A stretch of DNA of 64,000 bases from Pseudomonadota bacterium (lineage in GTDB: Bacteria > Pseudomonadota > Alphaproteobacteria > Caulobacterales > Caulobacteraceae): assembly GCA_049323695.1 (NCBI GenBank), contig JBMOOF010000058.1:86554-150553 (forward strand), written 5' to 3'. The notes beneath the pieces are model-generated. The model worked only from the letters and a program-made list of their open reading frames with translations. It made no database searches and was not told the DNA's origin. Both the position numbers and the translations under genes were made by a program. Numbering within the stretch: the stretch's first letter is position 1; each line of letters begins with the position of its first letter. Positions 16,876 to 28,591 of this stretch are shown here, piece by piece.

Positions 16876-17448
16876 TTAGCGCGCCACCAGCCCGAACAGA
16901 CGATGGTCTCGCCATTCGCCGTTAATTTTCAGATAAGCCTTGGCGTACCCCTCTTCCGAAAACCCGGCCTTGAGCAGAAGGCGGGCCGAGGCCTCGTTGG
17001 TCGGCAGGCAGGCGGCCTCCAGCCGGTGCAGGCCGAGCGGACCGAAGGCGAAGGCCTTGACCGCGTCCAGCGCCGCGAGGGTGTGGCCGCGTCGGGCGAA
17101 GGGCTGGCCGCACCAGTAGCCGACGCTGGCCATCTGCGCGACGCCGCGTCGCACGTTGTTGAGCGTGACCCCGCCGACCAGGGTCTCTTCCGGCTCGCGG
17201 AACACGAAGAAGGCGTAGAGCTGGTCGAGATCGCGCCCGCCCCGCCAGGCGGCCAGCCGGCGGCTGTAGGCGGCGAGGCTCAGTTCGTCCGCCGACCAGA
17301 TCGGCTCCCAGGGCTGGAGGAAAGCGCGCGAGGCCTGCCGCAGGGCGGCCCATTGCGGATAGTCGCGCCGGCGCGGCGGCCGCAGGCGCACGCCCTCCCC
17401 CTGCAGGACGGGGCCGACGTCCGGCGCGATCCATTCGAGGAGTGACAT
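16876..17448 (-). CDS. GNAT family N-acetyltransferase (RimJ/RimL-like)
   Basis: Track ORF, 190 aa. VRLRPPRRRDY..W, VGYWCGQPFARRGH, LHRLEAACLPTNEASARLLLKAGF. Confidence 0.8.
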   Translation of the reverse strand: MSLLEWIAPDVGPVLQGEGVRLRPPRRRDYPQWAALRQASRAFLQPWEPIWSADELSLAAYSRRLAAWRGGRDLDQLYAFFVFREPEETLVGGVTLNNVRRGVAQMASVGYWCGQPFARRGHTLAALDAVKAFAFGPLGLHRLEAACLPTNEASARLLLKAGFSEEGYAKAYLKINGEWRDHRLFGLVAR

Positions 17449-17516
17449 GGCCGAAGCCTCGCGCGCAACGTGAACAGGAGCAAGCGTCCTCTCCCTCGCC
17501 GGGGAGGATTGTCCGC

Positions 17517-18782
17517 CTAGGCGAACACCGCCCGTTCGAACGCCTCCGGCGCCGCCAGGGCCGCCTTCGAGCCGAGCACCGAGACCACCGATCGCCGCTG
17601 ACGGGTCAGCCGCTCGCCGAGGCGGGCGAAGTCTGCCGGGGCGACCTGGTCGATGGCCGCGGCGAGATCGGCGGCGGGGAACAGGCGGTCGAACAGCAGG
17701 GTCTGGCCGGCGCCCTGCTCGGCCCGGGCCAGCGGCTGTTCGCGGCCCATGAACAGGTGCGCCTTCAGCTGGGCCTTGGCGCGGGCCAGCTCGGCCTCGC
17801 CCACCGACGCGGCCAGGGCGCCGATCTCATGCGCCGCGATGCGGGCCAGTTCGGCGGCGTCGGCCGCCGCGCAGCCGGCGTAGACGCCCAGCACGCCGGC
17901 GTCGGCCCAGGTGTCGGACCAGGCGTCGATGGCGTAGGCCAGGCCGCGGTTCTCGCGGGCTTCCTGGAACAGCCGCGAGGACATGCCCCCGCCCAGCGCC
18001 TCGGCGAACAGGCGCAGGACGAAATAGTCCTCGTCCGCCGCGCCGCAGGCCGGCAGCAGCAGCACCAGATGGGCCTGCTCCAGCCGGCGGAGCTTCGCCG
18101 CCGTTCCCCCGGTGAAGATCGGCGCCTCGAGGGGCGCCGCCGTCGGGACGGGGGCGAGGCGCCCGAACATGGCCTCGGCCAGGCGCAGCAGCTCGTCCTC
18201 GTCGACGGCGCCGGCGGCGCTGACCACCAGGCGGTCGGGCGCATAGAGCCGTTCGCGCCAGTCGCCCAGGCTGGCGGGGGTGGCCGGCTTCAGGGCCCGG
18301 GTCGTGCCCAGGATCGGCCGGCCGAGGGACTGGCCGGCGTAGGCCTGGGCCTGGGCCAGCTCGAAGACCAGGTCGTCGGGCGTGTCGGCGGCCTCGGCGA
18401 TCTCCTGGGCGACGACCCGCTTTTCGCGGGCGAGGTCGCCGGCATCGAGGGTCGGCCGCAGGATCAGGTCGGCGGTCACCGCCATGGCCAGCGGCAGGCC
18501 GCCGGCCAGGGCGCGGGTCTGGAAGCTGGTCCGCTCGTAGCCGGTGGCGGCGTTGAGCTGGCCGCCCTCGGCCTCGATCGCCTCGACGATCTCACGGGCG
18601 GTGCGGCCGCCGGCGCCCTTGAAGACCATGTGCTCCAGCAGGTGCGACCAGCCGGACCGGGCCTCGTCCTCCGCGCGCGCCCCGCGGCCGGCGACGACGC
18701 TGAGCGCCAGGGTCTCCAGCCCCGGCATGGGGTCGCAGACGACCCGCACCCCGTTGGCCAGCCTGTGCAGCCGGGCGCTCAC
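17517..18782 (-). CDS. M16 family (pitrilysin/MPP-like) zinc peptidase
   Basis: Track ORF, 421 aa. Inverted zinc motif HLLEHMVFKG, then EAEGGQLNAATGYE. The start overlaps the thrC stop by 4 nt. Confidence 0.9.
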   Translation of the reverse strand: MSARLHRLANGVRVVCDPMPGLETLALSVVAGRGARAEDEARSGWSHLLEHMVFKGAGGRTAREIVEAIEAEGGQLNAATGYERTSFQTRALAGGLPLAMAVTADLILRPTLDAGDLAREKRVVAQEIAEAADTPDDLVFELAQAQAYAGQSLGRPILGTTRALKPATPASLGDWRERLYAPDRLVVSAAGAVDEDELLRLAEAMFGRLAPVPTAAPLEAPIFTGGTAAKLRRLEQAHLVLLLPACGAADEDYFVLRLFAEALGGGMSSRLFQEARENRGLAYAIDAWSDTWADAGVLGVYAGCAAADAAELARIAAHEIGALAASVGEAELARAKAQLKAHLFMGREQPLARAEQGAGQTLLFDRLFPAADLAAAIDQVAPADFARLGERLTRQRRSVVSVLGSKAALAAPEAFERAVFA

Positions 18783-20188
18783 CGGCTGGCGAACGCGCGC
18801 ACGTAGGCCTTCACCGCGTCGGCGTCGGCGGGCAGGCGGTCGAAGCGCTCGGCCAGGCCGAACAGCCCGGCCGCCGCGGCCGGCGCCTCGGCGACTCGGC
18901 CGGCGGCGGCGGCGACCGCCTCAGGGAACTTGGCCGGATGGGCGGTGGACAGGATGGCGAGCGGCGTGCGCGGGTCGGGCAGCGTCGCGCGGCGGGCGGC
19001 GGCGACGGCGACGGCGGTGTGCGGGTCGATCAGCTCGCCGGTTTCATTGAGCGTGGCGAGGATGGTGCGGGCGGTGTCGTCCTCGGCGACCGCGGCGCCG
19101 GCGAAGGTCTCGCGCATGGCCGTCAGCGCCTGGGGCGGCAGGTCGATGAACCCGGTCTCGGCGAAGGCGCGGAAGGCGCGGCCGGTCTCCACCCCGTCGC
19201 GGCGGACGGCCTCGAAATAAAGCCGCTCGAAGTTGGAGGCGACCTGGATGTCCATGGCCGGCGACTGGGTGGCGTGGACGACCCCGCGGGCGTAGCGACC
19301 GTCCTCGAAGGCGCGGGCGACGATGTCGTTGCTGTTGGTCGCCGTCAGGATGCGCGCGACCGGCAGGCCCATGCGGCGCGCGACCCAGCCGGCGAAAGCG
19401 TCCCCGAAGTTGCCGGTGGGCACGGCGAAGGCCACCGGCCGGTGCGGCGCGCCCAGGGCGACGGCGGCGGTGAAGTAGTAGACGGCCTGGGCGGCGATGC
19501 GGGCGAAGTTGATCGAATTGACCGCCGAAAGGTCGACCGCCGTCCGGAACTGGTCGTCGGCGAACAGGGTCTTGAGGATCGCCTGGCAGTCGTCGAAGTC
19601 GCCGTCGATGGAGACGCAGGCGACGTTGCGGTCGGCCGCGGTGGTCATGAACCGGCGCTGGACCTCGCTGATCCGCCCGGCCGGGAACAGGGCGACGATG
19701 CGGGCGTGGGCGCGGCCGCGGAAGGCCTCCACCGCCGCCCCGCCGGTGTCGCCCGAAGTCGCGCAGACGACGGTGACGGTCCGCTTCTGGCGGGCCAGGG
19801 CGTAGTCGTAGAGCCGCCCCAGCAGCTGCATGGCCACGTCCTTGAAGGCCAGGGACGGGCCGTGGAACAGCTCGACCAGGAAGGTCCCGGCGGTCAGCTG
19901 CCGCACCGGGCAGACGGCGGCGTGGGTGAACGTCGCGTAGGCCTCGGCGCAGATGTCGACCAACACGTCGGTGGGGATCTCGCCGCCGGCGAAACGGCCC
20001 AGGATGTCGGCGGCGACCTCGTGATAGGGCCGGCCGGCGAAGGCGGCGATGTCCTCGGCGGTCAGCTCCGGCCAGGTCTCGGGCACATAGAGGCCGCCGT
20101 CGGGGGCCAGGCCCGACAGCACCGCGTCGAGGAAGCCGATGGCGGGCGCGTCGGGACCGCTGCCCGTCCGCGTGGAGACGTACTTCAT
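18779..20188 (-). CDS. thrC: threonine synthase
   Basis: Track ORF, 469 aa. MKYVSTR..GLAPDGGLYVPE, SLAFKDVAMQ (PLP lysine), ATSGDTGGAA. Confidence 0.95.
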   Translation of the reverse strand: MKYVSTRTGSGPDAPAIGFLDAVLSGLAPDGGLYVPETWPELTAEDIAAFAGRPYHEVAADILGRFAGGEIPTDVLVDICAEAYATFTHAAVCPVRQLTAGTFLVELFHGPSLAFKDVAMQLLGRLYDYALARQKRTVTVVCATSGDTGGAAVEAFRGRAHARIVALFPAGRISEVQRRFMTTAADRNVACVSIDGDFDDCQAILKTLFADDQFRTAVDLSAVNSINFARIAAQAVYYFTAAVALGAPHRPVAFAVPTGNFGDAFAGWVARRMGLPVARILTATNSNDIVARAFEDGRYARGVVHATQSPAMDIQVASNFERLYFEAVRRDGVETGRAFRAFAETGFIDLPPQALTAMRETFAGAAVAEDDTARTILATLNETGELIDPHTAVAVAAARRATLPDPRTPLAILSTAHPAKFPEAVAAAAGRVAEAPAAAAGLFGLAERFDRLPADADAVKAYVRAFASR

Positions 20189-20826
20189 GGGGCCTTCAAC
20201 CTGCGCCGGAGAAGCGCCGCATAGACGGCGGCCAGCACGGCGGCAAGTCCGAACCAGGTCAGGGCGTATTCGAGATGGCGGTTCGACATCTCGGGCGGCA
20301 GCGCCGAGGGCGTGAGGCCGGGCGCGGGCGGGGTCTCGCGCTCGACCATCAGGACCAGGGGCGCGTCGGCCGCGATCGGGGCGTTGCTGATCGCGCCTGC
20401 GGGCGCCAGCACCCCTTCGATCAAGGCCGGCGGGGGAAGATCGATCCGGGGCGGCTGGACCGCGCCCTGCGAGCCGTCGACGATCCCGCGGTCGACCAGG
20501 ATCGCGTCGAACGGCCCGTCAGCCAGCCGGCAGAGGGACACCGCCCGCCAGACGATCTGGCCTTCGCGCACCACATTCCGGACGCCGTCGCGGCCCGCCG
20601 GGCCCGGGCGGCAGCGCACGGCCACCCGGGTCCAGGCCCAGTCCTCGGCCTTCGCGGCGGCGAGCACCGGGCCGATCGGCCGGGCGGGCGCGCCGTGGAG
20701 GGCGGCGATCCTCGCCAGCAGGTCCTGCTTCCAGGCCAGGCGCTGCAGCTGCCAGGCGCCCAGGCCGCAGAGGATGGCCAGGGCGGCGGCCGCGGCGAGG
20801 GTCAGGCCGAGGGGGAAACGCTTCAT
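20185..20826 (-). CDS. SURF1 family cytochrome oxidase assembly protein
   Basis: Track ORF, 213 aa. N-terminal TM plus GAWQLQRLAWK, and C-terminal NRHLEYALTWFGLA. Confidence 0.85.
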   Translation of the reverse strand: MKRFPLGLTLAAAAALAILCGLGAWQLQRLAWKQDLLARIAALHGAPARPIGPVLAAAKAEDWAWTRVAVRCRPGPAGRDGVRNVVREGQIVWRAVSLCRLADGPFDAILVDRGIVDGSQGAVQPPRIDLPPPALIEGVLAPAGAISNAPIAADAPLVLMVERETPPAPGLTPSALPPEMSNRHLEYALTWFGLAAVLAAVYAALLRRRLKAP

Positions 20827-20946
20827 CAGCGGATCCCGGCGGAAGCCGGGACCCGGATCCAGCCTGGACGCCTGGATTCCTGACCGAAGTCCGGCGCCGG
20901 CGACCGGGTCCCGGCGGTCGCCGGGATGAGCGGCGTGTTGACGGCG

Positions 20947-21303
20947 TCAGACATCCCGGCGCCCCGCCTCGCGGGCCTTGTTGGCGAACTGGGCGGCGAT
21001 CAGGAGGCCCTTGAACGGGCGCAGCAGCAGCCCGCAGACGACGCCGGTCAGCGGCAGCCAGACCAGCAGCTGCAGCCAGATCGGCGGGCTGAAGGCGATC
21101 TCGGTGAAGACGGCGCCGAAGGCGACCAGGAAGCCGCCGATCAGAATGACGAAGACGGCCGGTCCGTCTCCGGAGTCGGCCGTCTTGAGATCGAACCCGC
21201 AGGCCTCGCAGCGCGGGGCCACGCTCAGGAAGCCTTCGAAAAGTCTGCCCTCGCCGCAGTTGGGGCAGCGGCCAGCCGCCCCAGCCGCGTAGGGATTGAC
21301 CAC
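20947..21303 (-). CDS. DUF983 domain protein
   Basis: Track ORF, 118 aa. CPNCGEGRLF..CEACG zinc-ribbon-like motif followed by two TM segments. This is the usual position between ctaE and surf1. Confidence 0.8.
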   Translation of the reverse strand: MVNPYAAGAAGRCPNCGEGRLFEGFLSVAPRCEACGFDLKTADSGDGPAVFVILIGGFLVAFGAVFTEIAFSPPIWLQLLVWLPLTGVVCGLLLRPFKGLLIAAQFANKAREAGRRDV

Positions 21304-21304
21304 G

Positions 21305-22183
21305 TCAGACCGTCCCGAAGATCACGTAGATGAAGGCGAAAAGGAACAGCCACACCACGTCGACGAAGTGCCAGTACCAGGCCGCAGCCTCGAAGCCGAA
21401 GTGCTGCTTGGGGCTGAAGCCGCCGCCCAGCAGCCGCAGGAAGCAGACGGTCAGGAAGATGGTGCCGACCAGCACGTGGAAGCCGTGGAAGCCGGTGGCC
21501 ATGAAGAAGGACGAGCCATAGAGCCCGGCGTTGGCCGCTTCCTCGGAGTAGAACAGCTTCTCGTGCAGGATGTGGTTGTACTCGTACGCCTGGATCGAGG
21601 TGAACAGCACGCCCAGGCAGATGGTCAGGAAGAGGCCGATCTTGGCGCTCTTGCGGTCGCCCTGCTGCAGCGCGTGGTGCGCCCAGGTGACCGTGGTGCC
21701 CGACAGCAGCAGGGTCAGGGTGTTGACCAGCGGCAGGTGGAAGGCCGGCACCAGCTCGATGCCCTTGGGCGGCCAGGCCTGCCAGGCGCTGGCCACGCCC
21801 TCGAAGGCGCCGCTGTCGGGGGTCAGGGTCCGCTGCCCCGGGAACAGCGCCATCTCGAAGAAGATCCAGAACCAGGCGACGAAGAACATCACCTCGGAGG
21901 CGATGAACAGCACCATGCCGTAGCGCAGGCCGATCGAGACGACCGGGGTGTGGTCGCCCTGGTTGGCTTCCTTCACCACGTCCATCCACCAGCCGGCCAT
22001 GGTGTAGATCACCCCGGCGAGGCCGCCGAAGAAGACCCACCAGTTGCCCTTGTCGATGCCGAACAGGCCCTTCATGCCGATGACCGCGCCCAGCAAGAGC
22101 ACCGTCGCGGCGATCGACCCGACCAGCGGCCAGGGGCTGGGATTGACCAGATGGTAGTCGTGCTTGACGGCGCCGTGGGCCAT
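21305..22183 (-). CDS. ctaE: cytochrome c oxidase subunit III
   Basis: Track ORF 21305-22234 trimmed to ATG 22183 ([23 protein letters not shown]). Motifs: [26 protein letters not shown]. Confidence 0.95.
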   Translation of the reverse strand: MAHGAVKHDYHLVNPSPWPLVGSIAATVLLLGAVIGMKGLFGIDKGNWWVFFGGLAGVIYTMAGWWMDVVKEANQGDHTPVVSIGLRYGMVLFIASEVMFFVAWFWIFFEMALFPGQRTLTPDSGAFEGVASAWQAWPPKGIELVPAFHLPLVNTLTLLLSGTTVTWAHHALQQGDRKSAKIGLFLTICLGVLFTSIQAYEYNHILHEKLFYSEEAANAGLYGSSFFMATGFHGFHVLVGTIFLTVCFLRLLGGGFSPKQHFGFEAAAWYWHFVDVVWLFLFAFIYVIFGTV

Positions 22184-22243
22184 GATCTGCCTGAACCTCG
22201 TTGTCCCCCCGGGACGGTCGCGCCGCCCCGACATACAGGGGTG

Positions 22244-22828
22244 CTATAGCCTCGCCTTGGCCGTTCCGCCAAGAGCCGCTTGGGTCTTCTCCGCCGCGGA
22301 CGGGAAGAAGGTGTAGGAAAGCGTGACCTCCCGGGCCCCGCGGGTCTCGAAATCCTCGGCGAACTTCGGGTCCACGAAATAAACGACCGGGAATTCGACC
22401 GTCTGGCCGGGCTGGATGGTCTGGTCGGTGAAGCAGAAGCACTCCAGCTTCTGGAAATAGAGGCCGGCCGATTCGGGAATCACGTTGTAGCTGGCGCGGC
22501 CGGTCAGCGGCGTCTTGCCGTTGTTGGTCACGCGGTAGAAGGCCAGGCCCGTGTCGCCGATGCGGACGTCCTGCTTCACCTGGTCGGGCGTGAAGGTCCA
22601 GGGCAGGTCGCGGACGTTGGCGTCGAAGCGGATCGTCAGCTTGCGCTCGAGAATGCGGTCCGGCGCCTTGTCGGCCTTGCGCACCGTGCCGTCGAAGCCG
22701 GTCAGCTGGCAGAAGGCGCGGTAGAGCGGCACCGAGGCGTAGGCGGCCCCGACCATGCCGGCGAACACCGCCGCGCAGACGATGGCGACCCGGGCGTTTC
22801 GCCCGGCCCTAGAAGTGCGGTCGGACAT
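22244..22828 (-). CDS. ctaG: cytochrome c oxidase assembly protein CtaG/Cox11
   Basis: Track ORF, 194 aa. VPLYRAFCQLTGFDGT, KLECFCFT. Confidence 0.9.
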   Translation of the reverse strand: MSDRTSRAGRNARVAIVCAAVFAGMVGAAYASVPLYRAFCQLTGFDGTVRKADKAPDRILERKLTIRFDANVRDLPWTFTPDQVKQDVRIGDTGLAFYRVTNNGKTPLTGRASYNVIPESAGLYFQKLECFCFTDQTIQPGQTVEFPVVYFVDPKFAEDFETRGAREVTLSYTFFPSAAEKTQAALGGTAKARL

Positions 22829-22970
22829 CGCCCCCCATCCGGATCACGGTGACGACGAAGACGATGGCCACGAAGGCGAGCAGGCCCAGGGCGAGCGCGA
22901 TGTTGCGGCCCGCCCGGGCGCGGCGGAAGGCCTCGGGGTCGATGTCGGGCTTCTCGATGACGTCGGGCAT
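22809..22970 (-). CDS. small (53 aa) single-TM protein of the cox cluster (CoxF-like position between ctaB and ctaG)
   Basis: Own translation: MPDVIEKPDIDPEAFRRARAGRNIALALGLLAFVAIVFVVTVIRMGGDVRPHF*. The ATG directly abuts the ctaB stop. The 3' end overlaps the ctaG start by 20 nt. High GC3 and a hydrophobic core. Below the track's length cutoff. Confidence 0.6.
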   Translation of the reverse strand: MPDVIEKPDIDPEAFRRARAGRNIALALGLLAFVAIVFVVTVIRMGGDVRPHF

Positions 22971-23948
22971 CTAGAAGAGCTCCAGCGGGGCCACGCCGGC
23001 GGCCCGCTCGCCCAGGAGGGCGGCGAACAGCAGGGCGAGGTAGAGAATCGAGAAGGCGAACAGGTTGCGGGCGTCCTTCGCCCCGGCGCGGACGGCGTAG
23101 AGCCTGTCCTCGCCCTCCAGCCGCTCGCCGGGCGCGTCGCCGGCCCTCGAGCGGAACACCCGCCAGGCCAGCAGCAGGAAGACCGCTCCGCCCAGCGCCG
23201 CCACGGCGAGATAGATCGCCCCGCCCAGGCCGGTGGCGGCGGGGGCCAGGCAGACCGGAATCAGCGCCAGCGAATAGAGCAGGATCTGCCGGCGGGTCGA
23301 GGCGGGGCCGCGCACCACCGGCATCATCGGCACCCCGGCCCGGGCGTAGTCCTCGGCCGTGTAGAGCGACAGCGCCCAGAAGTGCGGCGGGGTCCATAGG
23401 AAGATGATCGCCACCAGCAGCCAGGCGTTCAGCGGCGTCTCGCCGGCGGCGGCGGCCCAGCCGATGGCCGGGGGCAGGGCGCCGGCGAGACCGCCGATGA
23501 CGATGTTCTGCGCCGTCCATCGCTTCAGCCACATCGTGTAGACGACGGCGTAGAAGAAGATGGTGAAGGCCAGCAGGCCGGCCGCCAGCCAGTTGGTCGC
23601 CATGCCCATCAGCATCACCGACAGCAGCGACAAGGTGACCCCCAGGGCCAGGGCCTCGGCGCCCTGCACCTTGCCGGCGGGCACGGGGCGGCCCCGCGTG
23701 CGGCGCATGCGCGCGTCGATGTCGGCGTCGAACCACATGTTCAGGGCGCCCGAAGCCCCGGCGCCCACCGCGATGCAGAGCACGGCCACGGCCGCCAGCA
23801 CGGGGTTCATGGGAGCCCTGGCGCAGACCAGGCCGGTCAGCGCCGTGAACACCACCAGGGACATCACGCGCGGCTTGAGCAGCTGCAGATAGTCCGACCA
23901 CAGCGCCGGGACGGCGGCGCGGGCGGAGATGGCGGCGGGCTTGGTCAT
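22971..23948 (-). CDS. ctaB: heme o synthase (protoheme IX farnesyltransferase)
   Basis: Track ORF, 325 aa. [45 protein letters not shown]. Confidence 0.95.
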   Translation of the reverse strand: MTKPAAISARAAVPALWSDYLQLLKPRVMSLVVFTALTGLVCARAPMNPVLAAVAVLCIAVGAGASGALNMWFDADIDARMRRTRGRPVPAGKVQGAEALALGVTLSLLSVMLMGMATNWLAAGLLAFTIFFYAVVYTMWLKRWTAQNIVIGGLAGALPPAIGWAAAAGETPLNAWLLVAIIFLWTPPHFWALSLYTAEDYARAGVPMMPVVRGPASTRRQILLYSLALIPVCLAPAATGLGGAIYLAVAALGGAVFLLLAWRVFRSRAGDAPGERLEGEDRLYAVRAGAKDARNLFAFSILYLALLFAALLGERAAGVAPLELF

Positions 23949-23970
23949 ACGGTTGGGTCTAATAAGCGAA

Positions 23971-24001
23971 GGGCGCGCCCGGGTCCAACCCGGACGCGCC
24001 C
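23971..24001 (-). terminator. GC hairpin between ctaD and ctaB (possible attenuator/terminator)
   Basis: GGGCGCG.CCGGG-tccaa-CCCGG.CGCGCCC. On the minus strand it is followed by TTCGCTTATT. Confidence 0.35.
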
Positions 24002-24024
24002 GACTTTGGGCCGGTTGTCCGACC

Positions 24025-26621
<2,597 letters not shown>

Positions 26622-26843
26622 GTCCGTTTCACCGGCCCCCTCGGCGCCGGCTGTCAGGTGCTACTTGGAGAGGGCGGCGGGGCCCGCCTGAGCGCGCCAG
26701 GTCCTCCCGCCCTTCCGTTCGCCTTCAGGCCGCGTGCATACGCGTTGGAACCGGGCTTGCCAAGCGCTTGACCATGGCCGTGGCAGGGGCATTTCGCCCT
26801 TGCCCGGAATGGGTTTATACCATGCGATGACAGCTACCTTGTA

Positions 26844-26857
26844 ATGATCAGTATCAT
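26844..26857 (+). promoter_or_regulatory. short inverted repeat ATGAT-cagt-ATCAT in an AT-rich patch upstream of the PadR gene (candidate operator)
   Basis: Lies 36-49 nt upstream of GTG 26893, embedded in cTTGTAATGATCAGTATCATGCGTTAGAAG. CATGCG is also repeated at 26821 and 26855. Confidence 0.3.
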
Positions 26858-26892
26858 GCGTTAGAAGAGACCATCACCTGGGGACCCCGTCC

Positions 26893-27219
26893 GTGCCCGA
26901 AGCCATCGAAATCCAACTCAAGAAAGGCGTGCTGGCGATGTGCGTGCTGGCCCTGCTGTCGCACGCCGACAGCTACGCCTACGAAATCGCCAGCCGGCTC
27001 GCCCACGACATCGACATGGGGGAGGGGACCATCTACCCGCTCATGCGCCGCCTGCAGGCGGACGGGCTGGTCGAGACCTACCTCGTCGAGTCGCCCAGCG
27101 GCCCGCCGCGCAAATACTACCGCCTGACCGAGGCCGGCCGTCGCGCCTTCGCCCAGCAGAAGGCGGAATGGACCGCGTTCGCCCGCGCGGTCGACGACAT
27201 CCTGGGAGCGAAAGCATGA
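26893..27219 (+). CDS. PadR family transcriptional regulator
   Basis: Track ORF, 108 aa (GTG start). LALLSHADSYAYEIASRL..GEGTIYPLMRRLQADGLV..RKYYRLTEAGR. Confidence 0.9.
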   Translation: MPEAIEIQLKKGVLAMCVLALLSHADSYAYEIASRLAHDIDMGEGTIYPLMRRLQADGLVETYLVESPSGPPRKYYRLTEAGRRAFAQQKAEWTAFARAVDDILGAKA

Positions 27220-27782
27220 CCCGAGCCGACTTCCTGGCCAGGCTCCGCGGCGGCCTGTCGGGGCTGCCGAGCGCCGCCGTCAACGACATCGTCGCCGACT
27301 ACGAGACCCACTTCGCCGACGCCGGCGCGGCCGGCCGTTCCGAACAGGAGGTGGCCGCCGCCCTCGGCGATCCCGACCGCCTGGCCCGCGAACTGCGCGC
27401 CGAGGCCGGCCTGAAGAAGTGGGAGGAGCAGAAGAACCCCTCCGCCGCCGCCGCCGCCGTCTTCGCCGTGCTGGGCCTGGGCGCCATCGACATCATCTTC
27501 CTGCTGCCGCTGCTGATGGGCGTGCTGGGGGCGCTGTTCGGCATCTTCGTGGCGGTGATCGCCTGCTTCTTCGCCGGCGGCGCGGTCTTCGCCGTCGGAC
27601 CGTTCGCGGGCTTCCCCGGCGGCGCCGGCGCGGCGGCCCTGGCGGGCATCGGCCTGATGGCCATCTCGACCTCGATCGGCGCCCTGCTGACCCTGGTCAC
27701 GATCGGCCTGGTCAACCTGCTCGTCTGGTACGGCCGCCTGCACTACCGGCTGCTCAAGCCGGCCATCGAACCCCAGGGCTGA
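27216..27782 (+). CDS. DUF1700 (HAAS) membrane protein, PadR-associated
   Basis: ATG 27216 overlaps the PadR stop (ATGA). It is the C-terminal part of track ORF 26940-27782. MTRADFLARLRGGLSGLP...IVADYETHF..SEQEVAAALGDP, followed by glycine/alanine-rich TM segments. Confidence 0.8.
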   Translation: MTRADFLARLRGGLSGLPSAAVNDIVADYETHFADAGAAGRSEQEVAAALGDPDRLARELRAEAGLKKWEEQKNPSAAAAAVFAVLGLGAIDIIFLLPLLMGVLGALFGIFVAVIACFFAGGAVFAVGPFAGFPGGAGAAALAGIGLMAISTSIGALLTLVTIGLVNLLVWYGRLHYRLLKPAIEPQG

Positions 27783-27792
27783 GGAGCGAGCC

Positions 27793-28554
27793 ATGATCCG
27801 CGTACTCATCATCATCGCCGTCGCCGGCTTCGTCCTCGCCCTGGCCTGCTTCACCGGCGCGGCGGCGCTCGGGGGGCGCGAACTCCTGGAGAAGGGCTGG
27901 ACCTTCCCCGCCGAGCTGGTCATCGAGGATGACGGCGACACGCTGCGGGTCACCAGCCGCGAGTCGGCGGGCCCCCAATCCGAGAAGGACCTCGCCTGGC
28001 CGGGCGGCAATCTGCTGCAGATCGATGCGCCGGCCGAGGTCACCTACGTCCAGGGCGCCGCGGCGACGGTGTCGGTCAGCGGGCCCCAGGGGCTGGTCGA
28101 GCGCGTCGTCCTCACCGACGGGCGGCTCCGGCTGGCGGACAACGGCCGGCCGGGGGAAGGCCTCGACCTGCGCCTGGGCCGCGATCGCCTGCGCGTCGTG
28201 GTGACGGCGCCGTCGGTGACCCGCTTCGTGCTCAACGGGTCGCCGGACCTGCGCGTCGAGGGCTATGACCAGCCGGAGATGCAGGTCGAGATCAACGGCT
28301 CGGGCGATGTCGCCGCCGCCGGGCGGGCCGAGTCGGTCAGCCTGTCGATCGCCGGCTCGGGCGACGCCGAACTCGACGAGCTGACGGTGCGCGACGCCGC
28401 CGTCGCCATCGCCGGCAGCGGCAACGCCTCCCTCTCGCCGACTGGCGCCGTCAAGGTGTCGATCGCCGGCAGCGGCGACGTCGCCCTGGGCGCCAAGCCG
28501 GCCAGCCTGACCAGCGACATCGACGGCTCCGGCGACCTGCATCTGCCCGACTGA
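27793..28554 (+). CDS. DUF2807 / GIN-domain (adhesin-head-like beta-helix) protein with N-terminal TM anchor
   Basis: Track ORF, 253 aa. Repeated GSG(D/N) rungs: INGSGDV, IAGSGDA, IAGSGNA, IAGSGDV, IDGSGDL. Confidence 0.8.
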   Translation: MIRVLIIIAVAGFVLALACFTGAAALGGRELLEKGWTFPAELVIEDDGDTLRVTSRESAGPQSEKDLAWPGGNLLQIDAPAEVTYVQGAAATVSVSGPQGLVERVVLTDGRLRLADNGRPGEGLDLRLGRDRLRVVVTAPSVTRFVLNGSPDLRVEGYDQPEMQVEINGSGDVAAAGRAESVSLSIAGSGDAELDELTVRDAAVAIAGSGNASLSPTGAVKVSIAGSGDVALGAKPASLTSDIDGSGDLHLPD

Positions 28555-28591
28555 GGATGACGGAAGCGGTCGAAGCGCCTACCTGTGGGCC

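Noticed and set aside
26746-26760. A sigma-54-like -24/-12 element, TGGAAC-cgggc-TTGC (GG-N10-GC), about 133 nt upstream of the PadR gene.
   Set aside because: It is a single match, and GG/GC dinucleotides are abundant at 70% GC. There is no enhancer-binding protein gene nearby, and the distance to the start codon is long. I have no way to score it properly here.
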